A stretch of DNA of 64,000 nt from Candidatus Saccharimonadota bacterium (GTDB lineage Bacteria > Patescibacteriota > Saccharimonadia > Saccharimonadales > Saccharimonadaceae). A model generated the notes under the pieces. It worked only from the letters and a program-made list of their open reading frames with translations. It had not been told where the DNA came from and did no database searches. This document shows, one piece after another, positions 31,687 through 41,178 of this stretch; positions within the stretch are counted from its first letter, which is position 1; the number at the start of each line of letters is the position of its first letter. A program made the position numbers and the translations under genes. The DNA is taken from positions 32,379 through 96,378 of the forward strand of contig JAFRBI010000006.1 in NCBI GenBank assembly GCA_017404935.1. The letters run 5' to 3'.

Positions 31687-32806
31687 GACTGTCTTCGTTG
31701 GGATGTCTGGTGGGGTAGATTCTAGTGTTTCGGCGCTTTTATTGAAGCAGCAAGGCTATAAGGTGGTGGGAGTTTATATGAAGAACTGGTCCAAAGACCT
31801 CCCAGGAATGAAATGCCCTTGGGCAGAAGATCTAGCCGATGCTAAGCGTGTGGCCGTAAAGCTCGGCATTGATTTTGAGGTTTGGGATTTTGAAAAAGAG
31901 TATTTTGAGCGCGTGGTAGAGTATATGCTTTCTGAATTTAAGGCTGGCAATACCCCAAATCCAGATATTATGTGTAACCAAGAAATCAAATTTAAGTTGT
32001 TTTACGAAAAAGCGATGGAATGTGGCGCAGATTTTATCGCTACGGGACATTATGCCAGAATTATTGATGGTAAATTAGCTAGAGCGGTAGATGAGAAAAA
32101 GGACCAAACGTATTTTTTGTATCGCGTCTCTGAAGAGGCTTTGAAACATACGATTTTCCCGATTGGCGGGATGCTTAAAAAAGATGTTAAAAAATTGGCC
32201 GAAGAAAATGGACTTCATAACGCCTATAAAAAAGAATCGATGGGGGTATGTTTTGTGGGTGAAGTAGGGATGAAGGACTTTTTGAAAGAATATATCGATA
32301 TTAAACCTGGCGAGATTCGCGAAGTAGAAACCGAAAAAGTGGTGGGGCATCACGAAGGTGCGGTGTTTTATACGATTGGGCAACGGCATGGGCTGTATAT
32401 TTCGGGGAATGTGGGCGAGGTGAATACTGGCCTTCCGTATTATGTCGTTGAAAAAGATCTCAAAAAGAACATTGTATATGTATCTAGGAATATTAATAGT
32501 GATTTGGTTTGGACCGATAAGCTCGAGCTTAAAGATGTTTTAGTGCGAACCAAACAATTCATTTCTCGGGCCGCGTCCGGCCGGCCCGTCGCCACGGGCG
32601 GCCGGCGCTCGTCCTCGCGCTGCCGCGCTCCGGATCCCCTCGAAACGAACTGTTTGGTTCGCCTACGGCATCTTGGTGAGCTAATTCCGGCCAAGTTAGA
32701 AAACAATGTGTTGGTTTTTGAAAACAAAATTAAAAGACCGGCTGCTGGACAATCTGCAGTCTTTTACGACGGTGAAATTTGCCTTGGTGGCGGAATTATT
32801 ATATAA
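31679..32806 (+). CDS. mnmA: tRNA 2-thiouridylase with internal hairpin-element insertion
   Basis: GMSGGVDS, TPNPDIMCN, ATGHYA, KDQTYFL, ESMGVCF, YTIGQR, GQSAVFY. Confidence 0.97.
   Translation: MDKTVFVGMSGGVDSSVSALLLKQQGYKVVGVYMKNWSKDLPGMKCPWAEDLADAKRVAVKLGIDFEVWDFEKEYFERVVEYMLSEFKAGNTPNPDIMCNQEIKFKLFYEKAMECGADFIATGHYARIIDGKLARAVDEKKDQTYFLYRVSEEALKHTIFPIGGMLKKDVKKLAEENGLHNAYKKESMGVCFVGEVGMKDFLKEYIDIKPGEIREVETEKVVGHHEGAVFYTIGQRHGLYISGNVGEVNTGLPYYVVEKDLKKNIVYVSRNINSDLVWTDKLELKDVLVRTKQFISRAASGRPVATGGRRSSSRCRAPDPLETNCLVRLRHLGELIPAKLENNVLVFENKIKRPAAGQSAVFYDGEICLGGGIII
32545..32662 (+). repeat. GC-rich hairpin element (core 32566-32641) with 21-bp inverted arms, in frame in mnmA
   Basis: Arms gcgaaccaaacaattcatttc / gaaacgaactgtttggttcgc (19/21). 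Confidence 0.92.
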
Positions 32807-32998
32807 CTAATGAACAATCATCATTGCTGCATCTGCACAGAGCAAAATCCCAGCAGTGATACTTAATACTGCGACAAAACAAACGTGCGCACGTTCGCGA
32901 GAGCTGATAGTTTTGCAAGCGCATTTTTTGCTAGTGCACTTCTTTGCAGTAGTCTTTTTCGCAGTTTTGGTTGCTTTTTTCTTTTTTGCTGTAGCCAT
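32807..32998 (-). CDS. small protein with Lys/Ala/Thr-rich N-terminus and C-terminal TM helix
   Basis: AAGGAG RBS; MATAKKKKATKTAKK... Confidence 0.7.
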   Translation of the reverse strand: MATAKKKKATKTAKKTTAKKCTSKKCACKTISSRERAHVCFVAVLSITAGILLCADAAMMIVH

Positions 32999-33066
32999 AA
33001 AGCTCCTTATTACTTATGTTTAACCTATTATACCATATACTGTCAAATTATGGTATAATATAATCT

Positions 33067-35046
33067 ATGGACGCTAATGAGATTAGACAAAAATTTTTGG
33101 AATTTCAGGTAAAAAAGGGCCACAAAATCATTCAGCCGGCACCACTAGTGCTTGAAGGCGACCCGACCACGCTTTTTACTGGTTCGGGGATGCAGCCACT
33201 TCTGCCTTATCTTCTTGGCAAGGAACATCCAGAGGGCAAAAGACTTACTGATGCACAACCATCGATGAGACTTCAAGACATTGAAGACGTGGGGGATCCT
33301 CGCCATACTACTGTTTTTGAAATGCTTGGCAACTGGTCGCTTGGCGATTATTTCAAACGTGAACAAATTGAAAACTTTTTTGAATTTTTGACTAAAGTTG
33401 TAGGGCTTGACCCATCTAAGATTTATGTAACCTGTTTTATTGGTGATGAAAAATACGGTATTCCAAAAGATACCGAAGCGGCTGAAATTTGGCAAGAAGT
33501 ATTTAAAAAAGCTGGCATAGACGCTAAGATTGCCGAAATTGGATCTAGCGAAAACGGTGACAAACGGGGAATTAAAGAAGGCGAAAGAATCTTCTTCTAT
33601 GATGATAAAGAGAACTGGTGGAGTAGAGGTGGCGGGATTGATTCTACGCCTTTAGGAGATCCATGTGGACCAGATTCGGAGGTGTTTTATGATTTTGGTG
33701 AAGATAAGCAAGACGTAGAAAAATATGGGCTAGCACACCCAGCCTCTGACGGTGCTAGATTTATGGAAATCGGTAACCAAGTATTTATGCAATATCGCCG
33801 TAAAGAAGATGGCAGTTTTGAAGAGCTCGCTCACAAAAACGTAGATTTTGGTGGTGGTTTGGAACGTATCGCTGCTGCTGCTATTGGTTCGTTTGATGTA
33901 TTTAAGATTTCTTTGATGAAACCGATAATTGATAAACTCGAGGAAATTTCGGGTAAATCTTACGACAATAACACCGATGAAATGCGGGTGATTGCTGATC
34001 ATATTCGTGGTGCGTATCTTTTGGCGGCGCAAGGTTTGGCGCCTTCTAATAAAACTCAGGGTTATGCAATGAGAAGATTGGTACGTCGCGCGATTCTTCG
34101 CGCTCTAGACCTTGGTATTTCTTCTAACTTTTTGTCCGAAATTGTGCCAATTGTAGCCGAAAATTATAAAGATTTGCCAGATTCCATTTTGACACATAGA
34201 GAAATGGCTTTAAATGTACTATTAAAAGAAGAAAACGCTTTCCGTTCTACTCTAAATCGTGGGCTTAAAGAGCTTAAGAAAGCTGTTAAACAACAAACCA
34301 AGTCCACCTCGGGACTCGGGTCGCTCGCTCCCGTCGTCACGGGGCTCGCGCCCTCTTCCTCGGCCGTAGCCTCCGGACGGTCCCGAGAAGGACTTGTTTT
34401 GTTGTCTGGATATGACTTGTTTAAGCTTCAAGATACCTACGGTTTTCCTTTGGAGCTATCGGTAGAAGAATGTTACCGCCAAAATATTGAACTAACCAAA
34501 GAATACAAAAAGGAATTTGATGAAGCTTTGAAAGAGCAAAGGGAACGTTCGCAAACTGCATCAAAGGGTATGTTTAAGGGTGGTCTAGAAGACCATGGTG
34601 AGCAAACTGTTAAATATCATACTGCTACGCATTTACTACTTGCGGCACTCCAAAAAATCATTAACCCAGATATTATCCAAAAAGGTTCTAATACCACTTC
34701 GGAAAGAACTCGGTTTGATTTTAATTGCGATCACAAACTCACACCAGAAGAAATTAAAGCAGTGGAAGACCAAGTAAATGAGTGGATTGTAGCAGATCTT
34801 CCGGTAGTGTTTGACGAATATGATAAAGCCTATGCGAAAGACGTTTTAAAAGCACATGGGCAATTTTGGGATAAATACCCAGAAAAACTCAAAGTCTATA
34901 CGATTGGCGATTTTGAAAATCCAATCTCCCGCGAAGTCTGCGGTGGCCCTCACGTAGAGCATACTGGCGTAATTGGCCATTTTAAAATCAAAAAAGAAGA
35001 ATCTTCGGCAGCTGGGATTCGTAGAATCAAGGCTATTTTAGAATAA
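33067..35046 (+). CDS. alaS: alanine--tRNA ligase (short, no C-Ala domain) with internal hairpin-element insertion
   Basis: DPTTLFTGSGMQP, HTTVFEMLGNWS, GGGLERI, DTYGFP, HTATH, CGGPHV, GIRRI. Confidence 0.96.
   Translation: MDANEIRQKFLEFQVKKGHKIIQPAPLVLEGDPTTLFTGSGMQPLLPYLLGKEHPEGKRLTDAQPSMRLQDIEDVGDPRHTTVFEMLGNWSLGDYFKREQIENFFEFLTKVVGLDPSKIYVTCFIGDEKYGIPKDTEAAEIWQEVFKKAGIDAKIAEIGSSENGDKRGIKEGERIFFYDDKENWWSRGGGIDSTPLGDPCGPDSEVFYDFGEDKQDVEKYGLAHPASDGARFMEIGNQVFMQYRRKEDGSFEELAHKNVDFGGGLERIAAAAIGSFDVFKISLMKPIIDKLEEISGKSYDNNTDEMRVIADHIRGAYLLAAQGLAPSNKTQGYAMRRLVRRAILRALDLGISSNFLSEIVPIVAENYKDLPDSILTHREMALNVLLKEENAFRSTLNRGLKELKKAVKQQTKSTSGLGSLAPVVTGLAPSSSAVASGRSREGLVLLSGYDLFKLQDTYGFPLELSVEECYRQNIELTKEYKKEFDEALKEQRERSQTASKGMFKGGLEDHGEQTVKYHTATHLLLAALQKIINPDIIQKGSNTTSERTRFDFNCDHKLTPEEIKAVEDQVNEWIVADLPVVFDEYDKAYAKDVLKAHGQFWDKYPEKLKVYTIGDFENPISREVCGGPHVEHTGVIGHFKIKKEESSAAGIRRIKAILE
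34290..34405 (+). repeat. GC-rich hairpin element (core 34309-34386) with inverted arms, in frame in alaS
   Basis: cccgtcgtcacggg core; arms acaacaaaccaagtccacc / gaaggacttgttttgttgt (16/19). Confidence 0.88.
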
Positions 35047-35130
35047 TTTTGACTGGGTTTAATTTCTGTGTTATAATAACGGGAGTTGCAATCTGTTTTA
35101 TTAGTGTTTTTCGTAAGAAAGGGGTGGATT

Positions 35131-35730
35131 ATGAAAAAGAAGAAAATAACACTAGATCGCGAGATTGTGAAGTATATTTTTCCAGCTACTGAGCCAGCGA
35201 TTTTGCAGGGAGAAGACGGGTATATCGTCTATAATTTTATTAGGCTTTATCCCAATAAGTTGGCGGTGTTTGTGCCGATGGAAGTAACCCAGAGTAATTA
35301 CAGTTCGGCGTTCCCGAAGTCGTTTGAGAGCTATTTTGCGGATATTTACGAGGAAACGGAATATCTCTCGCGACTGCTTGAGGTTAAGTTGGTGCCAAAT
35401 ATTCGGAATATCGGTGTGGAATGTGTATCTGGTAAGGTGCTTCGGCGCGATGAGAATAATTACACAGTCTTTCGGTTTGACGAGCTGTTAGACCCCAGAG
35501 ATAAGACCGATTTGCTCTGCCGGGTAAAGATCGGGAGCCTCACCACGGACGACCGGATCGACATTCTTTCCACCAACCCTGAGTTTAGGGAAGATGCGAT
35601 GGCCGCTGACGGAATCCAGTATATGTATTGGACGATGCCGCTGAGCCGTTTGTTTAGAGTCGACGACGAAGTCCTTGCGGCAATCTTTGCCTTTGCCAAC
35701 TCAGTACGTTTTAGAAATGGTCCTTTTTAG
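35131..35730 (+). CDS. hypothetical protein
   Basis: ORF with upstream TGTTATAAT; GC-richer 3' half. Confidence 0.7.
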   Translation: MKKKKITLDREIVKYIFPATEPAILQGEDGYIVYNFIRLYPNKLAVFVPMEVTQSNYSSAFPKSFESYFADIYEETEYLSRLLEVKLVPNIRNIGVECVSGKVLRRDENNYTVFRFDELLDPRDKTDLLCRVKIGSLTTDDRIDILSTNPEFREDAMAADGIQYMYWTMPLSRLFRVDDEVLAAIFAFANSVRFRNGPF

Positions 35731-35740
35731 GGCCATTTTT

Positions 35741-37667
35741 CTATTTGGCGATGCAACGGATTTGACAGCCGTCATAACTTTGGGCGCTGCCGTATCTCAA
35801 ACTAGTGCCACTTGGATTATACAGAACTCCTCTATAACTAGTGCTCAAAGTTGAGGCCCACCAATATGCCCCATCGTTAATTAGCGCTCCTCCGCGATAG
35901 TATCCATTGCCACCGTTCTGGATGAAGTTACTGCCATAGGAGGTTACTTGGTTTATCTCTGTCTGGCTCGCAAGGCGCCAACCAGATGGACAGATATCGC
36001 TTACTGATACAGTCGTGTTGTCGCCGATAGTGCCTGCAGAAGTTGCTCGGAAATTATACCACGCACCATAAGTAGATGAACATTCTATCCTCGGATCATC
36101 TGTACTATTTCCAAGCGTAAGATTATTAGTTGGAGTAGACCAGCTGGCGGTAGAGATGTTGGAATCGGAACTGGTGAGAGTTTTGCTGGTAATAGTAGAG
36201 CCGTAGGCGGAGCCGGTACCGTTACAACCAATGGCGAGGTTTCTGGTCATCCAGACGTTGCCGTTAATTTTGGCAATGGTGTAGTCTTGGCCGTCGCGAG
36301 AATCTTTCAATGTGGCGGTGTCACCATCGTTCATTTTGGCGGCAATCTGCGGACTTATTTCCTGCATGGTGGTGATGTCGGAAATGGTGCGAGGGTCATT
36401 AAGGATGCAGCGAATAGAGGTGCCGGATCCCCTACCAATATAATTATCAGGATAGACAGTCCCATTGGGAGATAAATATAACCCGCCCCAAACGGTGGTA
36501 GCAGCCGTGTTTTCAGAGCTCCAATAAAAACCGTATGTCCCTGAATTAGTTATTGATGTCCCGCTTGGAGAATAGCCTGGTCTAGCAAAGGCTGCGCCAC
36601 CATTCGCAATAGGCTTTGTCATATTAGTGTATGAATTATATTGATTATAAAGTCTAGTATACTCACTGGAAGTGCCTACACTCGTAGGTAATCTCCACCC
36701 AGCTGGGCAAATATCATCTGTAGCTTTTGCGGTAGTAGAACCACATCTTGTGCTACCTGATGCCGCACAAAAATTATAGAGAACACCGTTCGGCGTCTGT
36801 GAAACTGAATCTATGCCAGAAACTACCACATATCTTTCTTCGCCTGATCCACTACCGTTTTTCCAGCTATTAAAACTGGAGGCGGAGATAGGGGTGGAAA
36901 GATTGGTATTATTAGATGTAAGATCTGTGGCAAGTTCTACTGCGCCGAGATTGAGATTCGTCATCATCCAACAGTTACCATCGGCAAGGCGTTGGATGAT
37001 ATATTCTTGGTTGTCCCTTTTATCTATTACTGTCATTGGTGTAGTGGTGCAAAGAGCTGGGTCTAGGTCTTGCATGTAGTTTACTAGCGGATTCGCCACA
37101 ATATTAAACTGAAGAGTAGTATTATAGGCTCCAGCTGGTTGGAGATAGTCTATTTTGGAAGCAAAGCTAAGTTCTGCTTGGTCTTGGTTTACGGCAGTAT
37201 CTCTTTCCATCAAAGTGTTACCAGAATCAAATGGAACAAAGCCAGTTGTAACGGTTGATGGTATTGCTGTATTTGAATTAATACTATACCCCCATTTATT
37301 AGCAGTAAAGGTAGATTCTGTATAAGTGCCAGTATCAAGAGTTGGAATGGTAGCAGAAATAGCAGTAGTATCACTAGTAGTATCTCTTTCTAGGTCTGTA
37401 TTATCATTTGGAGTAGACAGAGTTAGTTTGTAGCCAGTCTTATTATTAGTACCTACACTTACATTTAGGTTTTTAGAATCAAAAATTTTAGATGATGGGT
37501 CTAGATTTAAAACTAGGGAGCTAGTAGGAATAGTGAGAGTAAGGCTTGGTTCTATGGTGACAGAATAATCTACATCAACTGCGGTTGCACCCCCCCCCCA
37601 TTAATAGGGCGAAGGGTACGTAAAAGAATAAGTTTTTCCAAGAATTATTACGCACAACCTTAAACAT
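35741..37667 (-). pseudogene. two-domain FISUMP-like surface protein, frameshifted at a G10 tract in the signal-peptide region
   Basis: ATG 37667 (MFKVVRNNSWKNLFFYVPFALLMGGG) reads out of frame at C10 37590-37599; the downstream frame GATAVDVDYSVTIEPSL... is open to 35741 and homologous to the other two paralogs. Confidence 0.8.
37590..37599 (-). repeat. G10 homopolymer (candidate slipped-strand switch)
   Basis: C x10 on the + strand; 9 or 12 G restores the frame. Confidence 0.8.
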
Positions 37668-37717
37668 AACCTTATTATAACACAAAAAATAAAAATGCAA
37701 GACTTTTTTAAAAAGTC

Positions 37718-37746
37718 TTGTAATTTTTAAAAATCTGCGCTATAAT
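37718..37746 (+). promoter_or_regulatory. sigma70-type promoter of secE-nusG
   Basis: TTGTAA-17 bp-TATAAT. Confidence 0.75.
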
Positions 37747-37801
37747 ATTGACAAGTCTGGTATCAGACTTTTTTTAAGCAATATTATTAGTAAAGGAGTT
37801 T

Positions 37802-38137
37802 ATGGCGAACATCACCAGAATCAAAGCCTCTGATGAGGCCAAGAAGGTTGAAAAACCTGCAAAGGTTGAAAAACCGAAGAAACAGCCAAAAGCTGAAAAA
37901 CCTGCCAAAAAACCAGAAAAAGAAGGCAAAAAAGTTTTTATACTTTTTCGTCCATTCGTGGCTCTTGGTAGATATTTAAGAGATTCTTGGCGAGAGATTC
38001 GCCAAGTCCGGTGGCCTAATCGCAAAGCTACCTGGAAAATGGTTTTAGCAGTTTTAATCTATACAGCGCTTTTTGTATTGATTATTTCACTACTTGATAT
38101 ATTCTTTACTTGGTTATTTAGTTTAATTATAATATAA
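37802..38137 (+). CDS. secE: preprotein translocase subunit SecE
   Basis: EIRQVRWPNRK motif plus TM; upstream of nusG. Confidence 0.95.
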   Translation: MANITRIKASDEAKKVEKPAKVEKPKKQPKAEKPAKKPEKEGKKVFILFRPFVALGRYLRDSWREIRQVRWPNRKATWKMVLAVLIYTALFVLIISLLDIFFTWLFSLIII

Positions 38138-38146
38138 GGAGAAAAA

Positions 38147-38698
38147 ATGGCAGTAAACAGATATGATGACACCCGCGCTTGGTACGCAATTTCTACCTAC
38201 AGCGGTTACGAAGACAAGGTGGCTGACTCTATCAACCAACGTGTAGATAGCGTAGAAATGAAAGGCAAAATCTTCGAAGCAATTGTGCCAAAAGAGAAGC
38301 AAATCGAGATTAAAAATGGTCAAAGAAAAGTAGTTGATCGTAAAATTTTGCAAGGTTATGTACTTGTAAATATGAAACTTTCTGATGGTACTTGGTATAT
38401 TATTAGAAATACCCCTGGTGTTACCGGTTTTATTGGTACTGGTACTCAGCCAACTCCAGTTTCTGAAAAGGAAATCACCAAGATTAAAAAGCGCATGGGC
38501 GTAGAAGATCCAAAGTTCTCCGTAAAATACGAAATTGGGGAGGTAGTATCTATCACCGATGGGCCATTCAAAGGTTTCGATGGCACAGTTTCAGAAATTG
38601 ATGCCGTAAAAGGCAAGCTCAAAGTAATGGTTTCTATGTTTGGGCGCGAAACACCAGTAGAACTTGATGCGCTTCAAGTTAAACAGCTAAATAACTAA
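38147..38698 (+). CDS. nusG: transcription termination/antitermination factor NusG
   Basis: WYAISTYSGYE, GYVLVNM, TPGVTGF, GPFKGF, FGRETPVEL. Confidence 0.97.
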   Translation: MAVNRYDDTRAWYAISTYSGYEDKVADSINQRVDSVEMKGKIFEAIVPKEKQIEIKNGQRKVVDRKILQGYVLVNMKLSDGTWYIIRNTPGVTGFIGTGTQPTPVSEKEITKIKKRMGVEDPKFSVKYEIGEVVSITDGPFKGFDGTVSEIDAVKGKLKVMVSMFGRETPVELDALQVKQLNN

Positions 38699-38702
38699 GC
38701 AC

Positions 38703-38730
38703 AAAAAATCACCCGAAAGGGTGATTTTTT
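38703..38730. terminator. bidirectional terminator between convergent nusG and rplK
   Basis: aaaaaatcaccc-gaaa-gggtgatttttt. Confidence 0.88.
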
Positions 38731-38738
38731 GATATTGA

Positions 38739-39170
38739 TTAACCTTCAACTTCTACGCCCATTGAGCGAGCAGTACCAGCGACGATTTTAACAGCGCCGT
38801 CTAGGTCGTTTGCGTTCAATTGGCCCATCTTCTTGTTGGCGATTTCTTCGAGCTGTGCGCGAGTGATTTTACCAACTTTGTCTACGTTTGGCTTACCAGA
38901 ACCCTTTTGAATTTTGATAGCTTCACGAATAAGATCATCTACTGGTTGACCAAGGCAAACCCAGTCAAACGAGCGATCATCATAAACTTTAATATGAACG
39001 ATTACGTTTTTGCCCATAAAATCTTTGGTGGCTTCGTTAAATGGATTGATAAAATCCATCATATTGAGACCCCATTGACCAAGGGTAGAACCTACCGGAG
39101 GGCCAGCAGTGGCCTTACCACCAGGGATACGTAATTTTAGATTTCCAATAACTTTTTTGGCTTCTGCCAT
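38739..39170 (-). CDS. rplK: 50S ribosomal protein L11
   Basis: GKATAGPPVGSTLGQ, IVAGTARSMG. Confidence 0.97.
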   Translation of the reverse strand: MAEAKKVIGNLKLRIPGGKATAGPPVGSTLGQWGLNMMDFINPFNEATKDFMGKNVIVHIKVYDDRSFDWVCLGQPVDDLIREAIKIQKGSGKPNVDKVGKITRAQLEEIANKKMGQLNANDLDGAVKIVAGTARSMGVEVEG

Positions 39171-39225
39171 AACAAAATATCCTTGTTTAATAAATTATTT
39201 TAGAAGCATTTTGCGTAACACTTTT

Positions 39226-39286
39226 ATTATACTCTAAGATTTCTAATCTGTCAACTATTGATTTTTTATCTTAAGTGTGATATAAT
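39226..39286. promoter_or_regulatory. back-to-back sigma70 promoters for rplK (-) and rplA (+)
   Basis: Minus: TTGACA-17-TATAAT (39254-39226); plus: TTGATT-17-TATAAT (39258-39286). Confidence 0.8.
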
Positions 39287-39307
39287 TGAAGTAATATATA
39301 TTTAATA

Positions 39308-39336
39308 TGTGGGAGGATTTATCCGTTTGCACCACA
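39308..39336 (+). promoter_or_regulatory. putative L1-binding autoregulatory leader of rplA
   Basis: tgtgg-gaGGAtttaTCC-gtttgca-ccaca fits the GUGGGAGG...ACCAC L1-target layout. Confidence 0.6.
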
Positions 39337-39348
39337 GAAAGGATAATT

Positions 39349-40278
39349 ATGGCTGAAAAAGAGGCCGAAAAACTTGAAAATGCCACAGCAGAAGCTGCTG
39401 AGGTAAAAGAAGAGGTTGTAGAAACTCCAGAAGAGGAGACTTTTGCAAAATCTGGTAAAAAATCTAAAAAACACCAAGAAGAAGTAAAGGCAGAAGAAGA
39501 ACGCCAGGAGCGCAAAAAAGAGCGCGCCAAAGAAGACGCTGCAGAGGCTGCTAAGCCAAAAGGTGCAAAGCCTGTTACTCGTCCAAAAATTGAACGTCGT
39601 GGCAAAAAATACCAAGAAGCTCACAAACTAATTGAAAAAGGCAAAGTTTATAGTCTTAAAGATGGTGTAGCCCTTGCTATTAAAACTAGCCCAGTTAAAT
39701 TTGACGCTAGCTTAGAAGCTCACGTCAGACTCGGTGTAGATCCTAGACAGGCCGACCAAAATATTCGCACCACTTTGGTGCTCCCAAATGGCAACGGTAA
39801 AACTGTGCGCGTGGCTGTGTTTGCTCCACTAGATGTAGCAAAAGCTGCTAAAGCTGCTGGTGCTGACATTGCTGAAGATGAAGAATTTCTAAAGAGACTA
39901 GATAAGGGTGAAATTGAATTTGACGTTCTTATTTCTACCCCACAGTATATGCCAAAACTTGGTAAATACGCTAGACTACTTGGCCCTAAAGGTTTGATGC
40001 CAAATCCAAAGGCTGGTACCGTAACTACTGATGTAGAAAAAGCTGTTAAAGAAGCCAAAGCGGGTAAGGTAGAATATCGTGTAGATAAGCAAGCTATTGT
40101 TCATATTGGTCTTGGTAAAGTTTCCTTTGGCGCAGATAAGCTTCTTGCTAACGCCGAAGCATTCTTCGATTCTTTGAAGGCACAAAAACCAGCATCTCTT
40201 AAAGGTAGTTATGTAAAATCTGTTTACATCACCACCACGATGGGCCCTTCAATTGAGATCGAGAACCTCTATAACTAG
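39349..40278 (+). CDS. rplA: 50S ribosomal protein L1 with ~80-aa charged N-terminal extension
   Basis: VKFDASLE, LGVDPR, LGPKGLMPNPKAGT, TTTMGPS. Confidence 0.97.
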   Translation: MAEKEAEKLENATAEAAEVKEEVVETPEEETFAKSGKKSKKHQEEVKAEEERQERKKERAKEDAAEAAKPKGAKPVTRPKIERRGKKYQEAHKLIEKGKVYSLKDGVALAIKTSPVKFDASLEAHVRLGVDPRQADQNIRTTLVLPNGNGKTVRVAVFAPLDVAKAAKAAGADIAEDEEFLKRLDKGEIEFDVLISTPQYMPKLGKYARLLGPKGLMPNPKAGTVTTDVEKAVKEAKAGKVEYRVDKQAIVHIGLGKVSFGADKLLANAEAFFDSLKAQKPASLKGSYVKSVYITTTMGPSIEIENLYN

Positions 40279-40280
40279 GT

Positions 40281-40399
40281 GAAAAGAAAAAAAATACTCC
40301 TTCGGGCCGCGTCCGGCCGGCCCATCGCCATGGGCGGCCGGCGCTTATCCTCGCGCTGCCGCGCTCCGGAATCCCTCAGGAGTACTTTTTTCTTTTTTC
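40281..40399 (+). repeat. GC-rich hairpin element (core 40302-40377) with inverted arms, intergenic after rplA
   Basis: Core near-identical to the tgt/mnmA copies; A-rich/T-rich arms. Confidence 0.92.
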
Positions 40400-40415
40400 G
40401 TGCTATAATAAGCTT

Positions 40416-41027
40416 ATGGAAAATCTGACTCAGGTAAATAAAACTATTGAAGAATTTAAGCATATGGACCTAGATCTTACCCACTACGAAACATGGCAGA
40501 TGTGGGCTGTAGGTGGTGCTGGACTCGCCTTGATGTTGATAGGCTATAAAATTAAAAAAATCGCGTTTTTCATCATCTGGTTTTTGCTTGGCTATATCGC
40601 TAGCGGCTATTTACTGCCGATTATTAACAGCGCCCTATCAGAGGTAGCCGAAAGTAATTTTTGGCAAGGTTTGATTCCGATTTTAGGTGGGCTGCTTCTG
40701 GGCCTAATGGGCTTTATGATTGAAAAAATCTGTCTCGGTGGGGCAGTATTTGGTTTGACACTTCTAATGACCGCACAATATTTTGGGACTGAGATTCAAA
40801 CTATGGTAATAGGGGGAATTATCGGTGCAGTTTTAGGTGGTGTGGCTGTAATGATGATGAAGCCGGCTACGATTATTGCCACTTCTATCGCTGGTGGCTA
40901 CGCTTTAACTCTTGCGATTTTAGCTTTGGCACCAGAACTAGATGCCGAAACTTGGTTTTGGCCGATGATTGTAGGCTTTGGCGCGCTTGGCTCACTAATT
41001 CAATTTATCTCTTGCAAACACGACTAA
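40416..41027 (+). CDS. multi-pass membrane protein (DUF4203-like)
   Basis: About 7 Gly-rich TM segments. Confidence 0.75.
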   Translation: MENLTQVNKTIEEFKHMDLDLTHYETWQMWAVGGAGLALMLIGYKIKKIAFFIIWFLLGYIASGYLLPIINSALSEVAESNFWQGLIPILGGLLLGLMGFMIEKICLGGAVFGLTLLMTAQYFGTEIQTMVIGGIIGAVLGGVAVMMMKPATIIATSIAGGYALTLAILALAPELDAETWFWPMIVGFGALGSLIQFISCKHD

Positions 41028-41049
41028 ACTGTGCTATAATTAGGGAAGT

Positions 41050-41100
41050 TACCAAAGACAGTGGCGGCGAAAGCTTAATCATGCCACCGAGGAATTATTC
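41050..41100 (+). promoter_or_regulatory. L10 leader (rplJ autoregulatory RNA)
   Basis: AAGACAGTGGC...GCTTAAT...GCCACCGAGG matches the L10-leader pattern; directly upstream of rplJ. Confidence 0.8.
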
Positions 41101-41178
41101 TTATAATAGAGTTTTGGTGACGATGTTTAACAACTAGCTAACTTTATTATTACAAATTATTAACCAAAGGAACTTTTT

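Noticed and set aside
35741-37213. ORF-track start at TTG 37213
   Set aside because: Homology to the paralogs continues in frame up to 37591; the true 5' end lies across the G10 frameshift.
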